Of a DNA stretch of 42,930 nucleotides, positions 22,933 to 32,548 are shown one piece after another; position 1 is the stretch's first letter, and the number at the start of each line of letters is the position of its first letter. The notes beneath the pieces are model-generated. The model had not been told where the DNA came from, made no database searches, and saw only the letters and a program-made list of their open reading frames with translations. The stretch lies in the UHGV virus genome UHGV-1283594; one strand, 5' to 3'. The stretch comes from a virus. The position numbers were made by a program, and so were the translations under genes.

Positions 22933-24189
22933 ATGCCATTTTCTGATAAACAGCAGGAGTTTTTCCGAAATGCAAACCACCGATGGAATATTAAGGTTGG
23001 TGCGACACGTTCCGGAAAGACCTATATGGACTATTATGTGATCCCTAAGAGGATCCGTGCCAGAGCCGAAAAAGAGGGCCTGGTGGCGATTCTGGGTGTT
23101 TCTAAAGGCACGATCCAGCGAAACATTATTGAACCATTACAGCGTATCTGGGGGACTAAGCTGGTAGGTGATATCAATTCACAGAACATTTGCCCTATGT
23201 TTGGAGAAGATGTTTACTGCCTGGGTGCTGAGAAAGTCAGCCAGGTATCTAAGATCCGAGGCTCTTCATTAAAGTATTGTTACGGTGATGAGGTCGTAGA
23301 CTGGAACCAGGATGTCTTTAACATGCTTAAATCCCGTCTAGATAAGCCTTATTCCTGCTTTGACGGAGCCTGTAACCCGGATGCCCCACAGCACTGGTTT
23401 AAAAAGTTCCTGGACTCTGATGCGGACATTTACTGCCAGAAGTATGAGATCTTTGATAATCCATTTTTAAGCCGGGTATTTGTAGATGAGCTTTGCAAGG
23501 AATATAAAGGAACGGTCTTGTATGACCGGTACATCCGTGGCCTGTGGGTAGCTGCGGAAGGTTCTGTGTATAAGTTGATGTGTGATGCGACATCCAGTGG
23601 AGGCATTAACCCATATGCAATCTATGAGAAGCCTAAAAGCCTTTTACAGATCAATATTGGTGTTGACTTTGGTGGTTCAGGATCAGGACATGCATTTGTT
23701 GCTACTGCATACTCCAGGGCTTATCAAAGTATTACGGCACTTGCCAGTGAGCGCCATATGAGCGTAAATGGCAGTATTAATCCGGATAAGTTGGGAGAAT
23801 TGTTTGTAGACTTTTGCTTGAAGATCATCAACCTGTATGGATTTATTACCGTTGTCTATTGTGATAGTGCAGAGCAGACGCTGATCGCAGGTATGAGGAC
23901 AGCGGTCAGGAAGGCGGGGCTTGGCTGGATCCGGATTGAAAATGCCCTGAAAACAACGATCAATGACAGAATACGTTTTATGCAGCGGATGCTTAGCCAG
24001 CACCGCTTTTTCTATGTAAAAGATCAGTGCCAGAGCCTGGAAGATGCTCTAACAACGGCATTGTGGGATGAGAAGAAATGTCTTGTGGAAGATGTGCGAC
24101 TGGATGACGGTACCAGTGATATTGATACGCTAGATGCTTTTGAGTACACATTTGAGCGGGACATCAGCCGGTTTATCCGGTACGAATAG
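22933..24189 (+). CDS. Terminase large subunit (PBSX/Terminase_3 family)
   Basis: Walker A VGATRSGKT. Nuclease-domain acidic residues in the C-terminal half. Start ATG 22933 lies 1 nt after the terS stop. Confidence 0.9.
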   Translation: MPFSDKQQEFFRNANHRWNIKVGATRSGKTYMDYYVIPKRIRARAEKEGLVAILGVSKGTIQRNIIEPLQRIWGTKLVGDINSQNICPMFGEDVYCLGAEKVSQVSKIRGSSLKYCYGDEVVDWNQDVFNMLKSRLDKPYSCFDGACNPDAPQHWFKKFLDSDADIYCQKYEIFDNPFLSRVFVDELCKEYKGTVLYDRYIRGLWVAAEGSVYKLMCDATSSGGINPYAIYEKPKSLLQINIGVDFGGSGSGHAFVATAYSRAYQSITALASERHMSVNGSINPDKLGELFVDFCLKIINLYGFITVVYCDSAEQTLIAGMRTAVRKAGLGWIRIENALKTTINDRIRFMQRMLSQHRFFYVKDQCQSLEDALTTALWDEKKCLVEDVRLDDGTSDIDTLDAFEYTFERDISRFIRYE

Positions 24190-24200
24190 AGGTGATAACA

Positions 24201-25580
24201 ATGAAATTTTCTAAAATGCTGGCTGCGATCACGCAGGTTTTAAATCAGGATTCAGATACACAGGTTGATGTCTGCATGACTTCTGAAATGGCCCGTAGGA
24301 TAGAGCTATGGACGGCCATGTATGAAGATAATGCGCCATGGGTGGATCGAAAGAAAGTGAAGAGTGCACAACTGCCGGCAGCTATTGCCTCTGAGGTTGC
24401 AAGGCTTGTTACTCTGGAAATGAAGTCGGAGATAACAGGAGGTTCTTCCGCCACCTATCTGAATGATCAGTATCAGAAAAAAGTGCTGACAAGTATCCGC
24501 AGATATGTGGAGTACGGATGTGCGAAAGGCGGTTTGATTTTAAAACCGTATGTTACAAAAACAGGTCTTGCGATCCAGTATGTACAGGCAGACTGTTTCT
24601 TCCCGCTTGCTTTTGATGATTCCGGACAGATCCAGCAGTGCGTATTTACGGAACAGTTCCGGAAGGGACAGAAGATCTATACCAGGCTGGAAGTCCACAC
24701 GCTGCAGGGAGAACAGATCCGGATCACAAACAGGGCCTTTGTTGCAACCAATGACTACAGCCTTGGAAGCGAGATCAGCATAAACTCAGTGGATAGGTGG
24801 TCAGAATTAATGCCGAAAGCAGTGATGGAGGGTGCTGACCGGCTTCTGTTCGGGTATTTTAAGGTACCTCTTGCAAACGCGGATGATACAGGCAGTCCGC
24901 TAGGAGTATCTGTATATTCCAGAGCAGTGGAACTGATCAAAGAGGGAGACAGGAGGTATTCCAATATCTGCTGGGAGTATGAAGGCACACAGCTGGCGGT
25001 GCATGTGGCCACTTCACTGCTTAAATATAACCGTGACCTGGATAAGTTTGAGTATCCGGGCGGTCAGGACAGGTTATACCGCAACGTGGAATACAACTCC
25101 GGGGCAACAGATAAGCCTTTCATGGACACATTTTCTCCCGAGATTCGAGATACGGCATTATTCAATGGGTTTAATAACCAGTTGAAGCTGATAGAGTTTG
25201 CATGCTGCCTGGCTTACGGAACGCTTTCAGATCCCCAGAATGTGGATAAGACAGCAACGGAAATCAAGACCAGCAAGCAGCGCTCCTATACCTTTGTATC
25301 AGATACGCAGTTAGCTTTACAGACCGCCCTGGAAGATCTGGTATATGCCATGAACTTCTGGGCTTCCTTGTATGGCCTGGTACCACCGGGCAATGACTAT
25401 CAGGTTTCCTTTGACTGGGATGACAGCATTGTAGTGGATGCAGAGGCAGACCGTCAGACGGATCGTGCGGATGTTGCTATGGGTGTAATGAGCTTGGCAG
25501 AGTACAGAAGCAAGTGGTATGGGGAGACACTGGAAGAGGCCCAGAAGAACCTTCCTGAACCAGCAAACGTAGAGGAGTGA
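24201..25580 (+). CDS. Portal protein (SPP1 gp6-like family)
   Basis: Size of about 460 aa. Position directly after terL. Start ATG 24201 with AGAGGTGA upstream. Confidence 0.8.
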   Translation: MKFSKMLAAITQVLNQDSDTQVDVCMTSEMARRIELWTAMYEDNAPWVDRKKVKSAQLPAAIASEVARLVTLEMKSEITGGSSATYLNDQYQKKVLTSIRRYVEYGCAKGGLILKPYVTKTGLAIQYVQADCFFPLAFDDSGQIQQCVFTEQFRKGQKIYTRLEVHTLQGEQIRITNRAFVATNDYSLGSEISINSVDRWSELMPKAVMEGADRLLFGYFKVPLANADDTGSPLGVSVYSRAVELIKEGDRRYSNICWEYEGTQLAVHVATSLLKYNRDLDKFEYPGGQDRLYRNVEYNSGATDKPFMDTFSPEIRDTALFNGFNNQLKLIEFACCLAYGTLSDPQNVDKTATEIKTSKQRSYTFVSDTQLALQTALEDLVYAMNFWASLYGLVPPGNDYQVSFDWDDSIVVDAEADRQTDRADVAMGVMSLAEYRSKWYGETLEEAQKNLPEPANVEE

Positions 25581-25585
25581 TCTGA

Positions 25586-27136
25586 TTGACGCCGGAAGAA
25601 CTTGAAAAGCTGCCGAAACCATTAGAGCGTACCATGACAGCCTTGGAAATGGATATCATGTTAGAGGTTGTAAACCGGATCCAGGAATGCTCCAAGATCA
25701 CACCGGTGACAGACTGGCTGCTTAACCGCATGACAGCTATAGGCATGAGTAAGAAGCGGATCAAAGAGATCCTGCGGGAAGGTGTAAAAGCTGCTGGGAT
25801 CGATATTGATGAGATTTATGAGACTGCAGCAAGATCTGATTATGTGAGAAATAGTGAGATCTACAAAGCTGTAGGCATGGATGCGATCCCGTATGAGGAT
25901 AATGACTGGCTGAAACAGGTGGTGCAGGCAGTAAAGGATCAGACAACGGATAGTCTTAGACTCATGGAGAATATCACAAAGACAACCGGTTTTAATGTGC
26001 CAATGGGAAACGGGAAAAAAGTATTTACTCCTATGTCTGAGTATCTGGAACGCAGCTTAGATGAAGCCGTGATGAAGATCACTACTGGAGCTAAGACATA
26101 TAGCCAGGCGATCGGTGATGTGATCGATGAGATGACATCCAGTGGTGTCCGGGTGGTTGATTATGCGTCAGGAAAGTCAGACCGCATTGAGGTGGCTGCC
26201 AGAAGAGCCGTTATGACAGGCATTGCTCAAATGACCGATAAGGTGAATGAGCATAACGCAAAGGAACTGGGAACGGACTACTGGGAAGTTGAATGGCATT
26301 TAGGAGCCCGTAACACGGGAACAGGATACATGAACCACCAAAGCTGGCAGGGCAAAGTATATAGTTCTGCTGAAATGCGTACTGTCTGTGGCTTGGGAGA
26401 AATGCTGGGATTTGCCGGGATCAATTGCTATCATATCCGCTTCCCTTTTATTCCTGGTATTTCAAAACGTAAATACACGGATGAGTGGCTTGCAGAGCAG
26501 AACCGGAAAGAAAATGAAAAGAAGTCCTTTCATGGTAAAGAGTATGATACATATGCGGCGCTGCAGTATCAGCGGAAGCTGGAACGCACGATCCGGAAGC
26601 AGAAACAGGACATTAAGCTCCTGGAAAAGGCCAGAGCTGATAAAGATGACCTGACTGCTGCCAGATGCAGGAAGCGATTAACAGAAAAGACCTATGTGGA
26701 ATTTTCAAAGGCTATGGGCCTGCGGCAGCAGAGGGAGCGATTGAAGGTTGGCGAGGCTAATCCGACCAAGGAAGAACTGGAAGCTATTGAAAAACGGAAG
26801 AGAATTGCTATAATAAAATCAGAGTTAAAGGAATTGGGTTTCCGAGGAAAGATTAATCTTGAACCGAGCAAAGTGGATTTTGAAAAACTCAGCTTTGACA
26901 GCGAACACATTAACGATGAACGGCAGCATGAAGTAACTTTTGACGAAGCAAAAGGTTTTATCCGCCGGGCATCATTTTCAGAGACCGTCTGGAAGGGGCA
27001 GTTCGAGCGGTACTACAGTGAAGATGGAGCTGCATACGTAAGAACATCGGATGCATTTATCCGTACTGCATTTAAGCGGGAAGAGTATTCTGACAACATT
27101 TTGAAAGCATTGGAGATAGTGAGACATGGAAGATGA
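25586..27136 (+). CDS. Head morphogenesis / minor capsid protein (SPP1 gp7 / Mu F-like) with a long C-terminal extension
   Basis: Central region (...GTDYWEVEWHLGARNTGTGYMNHQSWQGKVYS...) matches the Phage_Mu_F pattern. Gene order portal then gp7. Confidence 0.75.
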   Translation: MTPEELEKLPKPLERTMTALEMDIMLEVVNRIQECSKITPVTDWLLNRMTAIGMSKKRIKEILREGVKAAGIDIDEIYETAARSDYVRNSEIYKAVGMDAIPYEDNDWLKQVVQAVKDQTTDSLRLMENITKTTGFNVPMGNGKKVFTPMSEYLERSLDEAVMKITTGAKTYSQAIGDVIDEMTSSGVRVVDYASGKSDRIEVAARRAVMTGIAQMTDKVNEHNAKELGTDYWEVEWHLGARNTGTGYMNHQSWQGKVYSSAEMRTVCGLGEMLGFAGINCYHIRFPFIPGISKRKYTDEWLAEQNRKENEKKSFHGKEYDTYAALQYQRKLERTIRKQKQDIKLLEKARADKDDLTAARCRKRLTEKTYVEFSKAMGLRQQRERLKVGEANPTKEELEAIEKRKRIAIIKSELKELGFRGKINLEPSKVDFEKLSFDSEHINDERQHEVTFDEAKGFIRRASFSETVWKGQFERYYSEDGAAYVRTSDAFIRTAFKREEYSDNILKALEIVRHGR

Positions 27137-27305
27137 TAGATTCGTAAAATGTCCTCTTGTGGATGAAATGATTGAGGATATTGATTGTATCGAAAATGTA
27201 GATGCAGTTGATGGGCGTTTAAAAGCAGATAAGCTTCCTGATCGATTTAAGAAAAAAGACGATTGGGAAACAATTTGTAAGAAATGCAAATGGCATAATT
27301 ATTGA
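27126..27305 (+). CDS. Small CxxC...CxxC protein (59 aa, zinc-ribbon-like)
   Basis: MEDDRFVKCPLVDEMIEDIDC...ETICKKCKWHNY. Overlaps the 3' end of the gp7-like gene by 11 nt. Not in the ORF track. Confidence 0.35.
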   Translation: MEDDRFVKCPLVDEMIEDIDCIENVDAVDGRLKADKLPDRFKKKDDWETICKKCKWHNY

Positions 27306-27340
27306 TACCATTTGTTAAAACATTATGAAGGATGTTTCAG

Positions 27341-27511
27341 ATGGACTTAATTCAGTACTTAAAAACGGATGATGAAATGAAAAATCTTCGGGCAAAGTGG
27401 AAAGAGACTTTTGTCACACCATTTCCGCCATATAATTGGGATGAGTACAATGGAATTGAGGATTATAAAGAAAAAATCAGAAATAAGTTAAAAAATACCA
27501 CCAGTCAGTAG
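27341..27511 (+). CDS. Hypothetical 56-aa protein
   Basis: RBS GAAGGATG. Followed by an imperfect hairpin plus T-run (27497-27530). Confidence 0.35.
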   Translation: MDLIQYLKTDDEMKNLRAKWKETFVTPFPPYNWDEYNGIEDYKEKIRNKLKNTTSQ

Positions 27512-27558
27512 GCCGGTGGTATTTTTGTGCCCATTTTTAAGAAAGAGAGGATAAGAAG

Positions 27559-27882
27559 ATGAAGAAAGCAATGCTTAGTCAGCCCATGGCTGGAAAAACA
27601 GATGAAGAGATTATTGCAACCAGGGAACAGGCGATTAAGATACTGGAAGCTAAAGGTTATGAAATTGTAAACACCCTGTTTACTGATGAATGGTATAGCA
27701 ATGAAAAGATGAAAGAACGTGGAGTGGTACAGATACCTCTTTGTTTCCTTGCTAAAAGTCTGGAAAATATGTCCCTTTGCCATGCAGCTTATTTCTGCAA
27801 GGGTTGGGAAAAGGCTAGAGGGTGTCGGATTGAACACGATGCCGCAATAGCTTATGGGTTAGACGTGATTTATGAAGAATAA
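27559..27882 (+). CDS. DUF4406-like protein (nucleoside 2-deoxyribosyltransferase-like fold), 107 aa
   Basis: N-terminus MKKAMLSQPMAGKTDEE matches the M..YISGPM(T/A)G start characteristic of DUF4406 as I recall it. RBS AGAGAGGATAAGAAG. Confidence 0.45.
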   Translation: MKKAMLSQPMAGKTDEEIIATREQAIKILEAKGYEIVNTLFTDEWYSNEKMKERGVVQIPLCFLAKSLENMSLCHAAYFCKGWEKARGCRIEHDAAIAYGLDVIYEE

Positions 27883-27896
27883 TTGCGACGTCGCAA
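27883..27896. repeat. Copy B of the 14-bp perfect palindrome TTGCGACGTCGCAA
   Basis: Directly abuts the stop codon of the DUF4406 gene. The ATG of the next small ORF follows immediately. Confidence 0.7.
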
Positions 27897-28058
27897 ATGA
27901 AAGAAGGTGATCTTACGGGACTTATATCATGGATCTGGCAGAGGTTTTTCAAGAAAAAAGAATGTTGCCATCACTACCGCAAGCACTGGAGCCGGGCTTC
28001 CGGTCCTTATGGCGGTTATGTAAGACGGTGTACCAAATGTAATAAGATCGAGCAGTAG
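27897..28058 (+). CDS. Small Cys/His-rich protein (53 aa, CCHH...CxxC, zinc-ribbon-like)
   Basis: MKEGDLTGLISWIWQRFFKKKECCHHYRKHWSRASGPYGGYVRRCTKCNKIEQ. Weak RBS. Followed by the terminator at 28059-28086. Confidence 0.3.
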   Translation: MKEGDLTGLISWIWQRFFKKKECCHHYRKHWSRASGPYGGYVRRCTKCNKIEQ

Positions 28059-28086
28059 GCACGCAGAGATGCGTGTTATTTTTATG
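28059..28086 (+). terminator. Rho-independent terminator
   Basis: CACGCA-gaga-TGCGTG followed by TTATTTTTATG. Confidence 0.55.
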
Positions 28087-28166
28087 CAGAAAATTGTCCG
28101 GAATGACGTAAAACTACCAGCACAAGGGAAGCAACCCCGTAAAAAGCGTAGTGGGAAAGGAAGAAA

Positions 28167-28700
28167 ATGAAGAGAAAATTTTTAGAGGACATGGGCCTGT
28201 CAAAGGAACAGGTGGACAACATTATGGCTGAGAATGGCAGGGATATTGAAGCCATAAAGACAGAAAGAGATAACTATAAGACTCAGTTGGATACAGCCCA
28301 GACAACCCTGAAAAGCTTTGAGGGCGTCAATGTTCAGGACTTGCAGGGAAAAGTCATCAAGCTGACCGCAGATCTGGCAGCCAAGGATGCGGAGTACCAG
28401 AAGCAGATTGCGGATCGTGACTTTAATGATCTTTTAAAGACTACTGCAGAAGGGTACAAGCCCCGTGATCTGAAAGCGGTAATGCCATTCATGGATGTAG
28501 AGAAGCTGAAAGCCAGCAAGAACCAGGAAGCGGATATTAAAACTGCTCTGGAGGCAGTCAAGAAAGACAATGCCTATTTGTTTCAGGACACACAGATACC
28601 CAAAGTGGTTTCTTATACTCCTGGATCGGGCGGTAAAGGAACTGAGGACACAAAGACAAGGGCAAATGAAGCCTTAAGAAGTATTTTTGGAAGAGAATAA
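28167..28700 (+). CDS. Scaffolding protein (phage GP20-like minor structural/scaffold)
   Basis: MKRKFLEDMGLSKEQVDNIMAENGRDIEAIK is the typical scaffold N-terminus. Coiled-coil rich. Lies directly upstream of the capsid gene. Confidence 0.75.
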   Translation: MKRKFLEDMGLSKEQVDNIMAENGRDIEAIKTERDNYKTQLDTAQTTLKSFEGVNVQDLQGKVIKLTADLAAKDAEYQKQIADRDFNDLLKTTAEGYKPRDLKAVMPFMDVEKLKASKNQEADIKTALEAVKKDNAYLFQDTQIPKVVSYTPGSGGKGTEDTKTRANEALRSIFGRE

Positions 28701-28715
28701 GGAGGTAATTGATTT

Positions 28716-29909
28716 ATGCCAGTACATATTACAAGCAGATCTGATGCGGAGGCAATCATCCGCGAACAGGTAGTATCTACCATTTTTCAGGACGCACCGA
28801 AGCAGTCCGTATTTATGAGCATGGCACGAAAGCTGCCAAACATGACCAGTGACCAGACCAGGATCCGTGTATTGGATTTCCTCCCAACTGCGTACTGGGT
28901 GGATGGTGACACTGGTATGAAACAGACCAGCCGCCAGGCTTGGGATAACGTATATCTGGATGCAGCTGAGCTGGCTGTTATCGTGCCGATCCCAGAGGCA
29001 GTATTAGATGATGCGGAGTTTGATATTTTTGGTGAGATCACTCCAAGAGTAAATGAAGCAATCGGCCAGAGAGTAGACTCTGCGATCATCTTCGGTGTAA
29101 ATCGCCCGAGAGTATGGCAGAACGATATCATCACCCTGGCACGTCAGGCAGGCAACAACGTAGCACCTGGATCTACTCCGGATTATTACAACCTGCTTCT
29201 GGGAGAGAATGGCGTGATCTCCAAAGTTGAAGAGGATGGTTACATGGCAACTGGCGCTCTGGCAGCCATGGGTATGAGAGCAAAGTTAAGAGGCATCAAG
29301 GCAACGGACGGAACACCGATTTTTAAGAGCGACATGCAGGGATCCACTAATTACGCACTGGACGGTGCGCCTATGTATTTCCCGCAGAACGGTGCTTATG
29401 ATAACAGCATTGCTCAGCTGATCGTAGGTGATTTTAAGCAGGCGGTATATGCAATTCGTCAGGACGTTACTGTAAAGATCCTTGACCAGGGAGTTATCCA
29501 GGATCCGATCACTAAGGATATCGTTTATAACCTGGCTCAGCAGGATATGGTAGCTCTGCGTATTGTATTTCGTATGGGTTGGGCTCTTCCAAATCCGGCA
29601 ACCAGAATGGATGAGGACCGTGTAGGCTGCCCGTTTGCTTATCTGGAACCGGCAACACCGGTAACTACTCAGACTGTAACCTTTACTGTAAAGGATAACG
29701 CAGGAAGTCCGGAAGCAATTGAAGGTGCTATTGTAGATGTAAATGGATCCAGATTAAAGACCAATGCGTCAGGCGAAGCAGTATTTAACCTGCGACCTGG
29801 TACATATCCGGCAAAGATCAAAAAGACCGGATACAGTCAGATCACTGAGACCGTAACGGTGGTTGCATCTGCAGTAACGAAGGATGTAACCCTTATCAAA
29901 AATGCGTGA
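28716..29909 (+). CDS. Major capsid protein (HK97-fold) with a C-terminal Ig-like/carboxypeptidase-regulatory-like domain
   Basis: Size 397 aa. Position after the scaffold. C-terminus TVTFTVKDNAGSPEAIEGAIVDVNGSRLKTNASGEAVFNLRPGTYPAKIKKTGY is a decoration-type beta-sandwich. Confidence 0.8.
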   Translation: MPVHITSRSDAEAIIREQVVSTIFQDAPKQSVFMSMARKLPNMTSDQTRIRVLDFLPTAYWVDGDTGMKQTSRQAWDNVYLDAAELAVIVPIPEAVLDDAEFDIFGEITPRVNEAIGQRVDSAIIFGVNRPRVWQNDIITLARQAGNNVAPGSTPDYYNLLLGENGVISKVEEDGYMATGALAAMGMRAKLRGIKATDGTPIFKSDMQGSTNYALDGAPMYFPQNGAYDNSIAQLIVGDFKQAVYAIRQDVTVKILDQGVIQDPITKDIVYNLAQQDMVALRIVFRMGWALPNPATRMDEDRVGCPFAYLEPATPVTTQTVTFTVKDNAGSPEAIEGAIVDVNGSRLKTNASGEAVFNLRPGTYPAKIKKTGYSQITETVTVVASAVTKDVTLIKNA

Positions 29910-29930
29910 TAAAAGAAAGGAAAAAAGCTG

Positions 29931-30302
29931 ATGGTTTATGCAGATGAAGAGTTTTATAAAAATGAATATCTTCTTGGAAGGAAAGCGGCCATCAGCTCCG
30001 GTTTTCCTTTTTATGCCAGACAGGCAAGCCAGATCATGGATCAGTATACATTCGGACGGCTGACGATTATGGAAGATGTTCCGGAAGAAGCAAAATTATG
30101 CTGCTGTGAACTGGCAGAGGTTATCTGTCGGCAGGAAAAGACGGAAAAAAATGCATCCGGAAAGACTTCTGAAAAGATCGGAACTTATTCGGCTTCCTAT
30201 GGATCTTCGCAGGAATTAACAGAAGCTGCCATAAGGAAGCAAAACCAGATCGTTAAGAAATGGCTGGAAAATACCGGTTTATGCTATCAGGGGGTGTGCT
30301 GA
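29931..30302 (+). CDS. Head-tail connector protein (gp6-like DNA packaging/connector)
   Basis: Position and size. N-terminus EEFYKNEYLLGR. Confidence 0.5.
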   Translation: MVYADEEFYKNEYLLGRKAAISSGFPFYARQASQIMDQYTFGRLTIMEDVPEEAKLCCCELAEVICRQEKTEKNASGKTSEKIGTYSASYGSSQELTEAAIRKQNQIVKKWLENTGLCYQGVC

Positions 30303-30682
30303 TGTTTACTAATGCAGATGTAACCTTGTATTTATACCACAAATGCGGCAAGGATATGCGATACATCCGGATACCGGTTGAAGATGTTTATTGGGAAGAT
30401 GTGAGGCAGTCTACTTTTCTAAAAACAGGCCAGCGTGATGCAGCGTCAGTTCTTCTGGTAATCCCGCTGGAAAGTCTTTGCAATCCACTTACGTTTACCC
30501 AGGGAAAGGATCTGGCTGTAAAAGGTATCGTTGAAGACGAAATAGACTGCAGCAGTCAGGAAACCATGTCAAAGTCACTGGCAGCGTTGAAAGCAAGCCA
30601 TGGATATGTAACAGTTACAACTGTGGATGAACGGTTGTATGGTAGTGAAGCGGTCCAGCATTATGAGCTGTCCTGTAAGTAG
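30302..30682 (+). CDS. Head closure / head-tail adaptor protein
   Basis: ATGA overlap with the upstream gene. Position. Confidence 0.45.
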   Translation: MFTNADVTLYLYHKCGKDMRYIRIPVEDVYWEDVRQSTFLKTGQRDAASVLLVIPLESLCNPLTFTQGKDLAVKGIVEDEIDCSSQETMSKSLAALKASHGYVTVTTVDERLYGSEAVQHYELSCK

Positions 30683-30693
30683 GAGGTGTAACC

Positions 30694-31119
30694 ATGAAAA
30701 TAGTTATAAAAATGCTTTCTACGGCAGAAATGCGGCGTAGACATAAAGTTGCTGAAAATGGACCTGTGCAAGCAGCAATCGACAGTGAATGTATGCGCTA
30801 TATGAGTGATTATATGCCAAGGCGTCAGGCCGGCGAGCTGAAACACCTGATGGTGGCTGCCACTACAATCGGTTCAGGCCAGATTGATACTCCCGGTCCG
30901 TTTGCTCATTACCTGTATGAAGGCATCCTTTATGTGTCACCAACAACTGGAAGTGCCTGGGCGAAGAAAAATGAGATCAAGGTACCAACAGGAAAAGAGC
31001 TGACTTATGCTGGTGCTCCTATGCGCGGAAAGAAATGGTTTGAACGTATGAAAGCAGATCATAAGGATGATATCCTTCAGGCGGCGCAGGCAGTGCTTAG
31101 CAGAGGAGGCAGGATATGA
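30694..31119 (+). CDS. Tail-component (HK97 gp10-like) protein
   Basis: Position and size. Confidence 0.45.
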   Translation: MKIVIKMLSTAEMRRRHKVAENGPVQAAIDSECMRYMSDYMPRRQAGELKHLMVAATTIGSGQIDTPGPFAHYLYEGILYVSPTTGSAWAKKNEIKVPTGKELTYAGAPMRGKKWFERMKADHKDDILQAAQAVLSRGGRI

Positions 31120-31571
31120 CGATCATTGAATATATGCGTCAGAAACTAACGGAATATCCCAAGATATCCGAGTTTCTGACCGGTGATGATATTCACATTG
31201 ATTTTACAGAACCGGATCCGGTTAATTACGGCCTGTCCAGCAATGGTGACAGCCTGGTGAAAGAAGATATCCTGGGTAATCAGATCCGCAGGCATAACTT
31301 TGTTATGTATGCAGTGGGACAGTCCTTTACAGATTACAACCGGCTGGCAAACAGCAATTTCCTTTTGGAACTGGCCTATTGGCTAGAGCAGCTTCCAGAA
31401 GAGAGTGGAATAGAAGTAAATGTGGGTGATGAAGTGAAAGAGGCCACATTTTTAAAGGCAACCACAGCCAATGCCATGAGCATGGGCCTGATGGGAGATA
31501 CCGTTGATCAGGGCGTTATGTATCAGCTGCAGATCTATGCCCAGTACAAAGTAGAAAGTGAGGAAGAATAA
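31116..31571 (+). CDS. Tail completion / tail terminator-like protein
   Basis: Position and size. ATGA overlap with the upstream gene. Confidence 0.4.
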   Translation: MTIIEYMRQKLTEYPKISEFLTGDDIHIDFTEPDPVNYGLSSNGDSLVKEDILGNQIRRHNFVMYAVGQSFTDYNRLANSNFLLELAYWLEQLPEESGIEVNVGDEVKEATFLKATTANAMSMGLMGDTVDQGVMYQLQIYAQYKVESEEE

Positions 31572-32090
31572 ATGGCAGATAAAGCACCTATTGCAGGACA
31601 GAAGATCAAAAGAAAATTCATGGGTAACTTTATTGACTCTGCTCTTCCGGGCACAAAGGAAACAGCTTATGTCCGTTTAGGAAAAGACCTGGAAGAATAC
31701 AACGTAGAAATGAATGCCAATGTGGATACCAAGAACAATATTCTGGGTGAAACATCCGTTACATTGGACAGCTACCAGCCACAGGCTACGGCAGATCCGT
31801 TTTATGCGGTTGTGGGTGATCCTATGTTTGAACGGCTTCAGGGGATCATTGATGAACGTCAGACCCTAGATGACTTAAAAACTACCGTTGTTGAAGTACA
31901 CCTTTGGGAGTCGGCATCTGGAGCAGCAGGCTCTTATGTGGCTTATCGCGAAGATGTGATTATTGAAGTGTCAAGCTATGGCGGAGATACCACCGGTTAT
32001 CAGATCCCGTTTAATGTACATCATACAGGCAACAGAGTAAAGGGAACTTTTGCCTTAGAAACAAAGACGTTTACACCTGACAGTGAATAA
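31572..32090 (+). CDS. Major tail protein
   Basis: Size 172 aa. Position immediately before the chaperone pair and the tape measure. Confidence 0.6.
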   Translation: MADKAPIAGQKIKRKFMGNFIDSALPGTKETAYVRLGKDLEEYNVEMNANVDTKNNILGETSVTLDSYQPQATADPFYAVVGDPMFERLQGIIDERQTLDDLKTTVVEVHLWESASGAAGSYVAYREDVIIEVSSYGGDTTGYQIPFNVHHTGNRVKGTFALETKTFTPDSE

Positions 32091-32101
32091 GGAGACTATA
32101 T

Positions 32102-32548
32102 ATGGAAAGCCTTAAATTTGATGAAGGTTATAAGGAGTACATGATAAATGATGATCCGGACCGTGTGATCCGGATTAATCCTTCTGATCTGAATATGTGG
32201 CAGCGCTGCATGGATGAAATGGAGAAGCTGGGGCATGTGAAAGATGAGCTTCAGGGCAACGTCAAGCTTTTGGAGGACGGTACCGTAGATCCAACAGATG
32301 AAAATGCAAGTATTGAGTGGAAGAAAGCAGAGCAGGGCGTAAAAGACTGTTTTAATGCTATTTTTAACGCAGACGTTTATGACACGCTGTTTAATGGTCA
32401 GTCTCCATTTTCACCAGTAAAAGGCGGAAAGCTCCTGTTTGAGTCCGTTATGAACGGTCTGATGCCGATCATCAAGAAAAACATGAAAGCCGGAGTAGAG
32501 GCAAGCAATAAGCGGATCCAGAAGTATACGGCCGGCTATACAAAATGA
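32102..32548 (+). CDS. Tail assembly chaperone (gpG-like)
   Basis: Acidic 148-aa protein directly upstream of the second chaperone and the tape measure. Confidence 0.5.
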   Translation: MESLKFDEGYKEYMINDDPDRVIRINPSDLNMWQRCMDEMEKLGHVKDELQGNVKLLEDGTVDPTDENASIEWKKAEQGVKDCFNAIFNADVYDTLFNGQSPFSPVKGGKLLFESVMNGLMPIIKKNMKAGVEASNKRIQKYTAGYTK

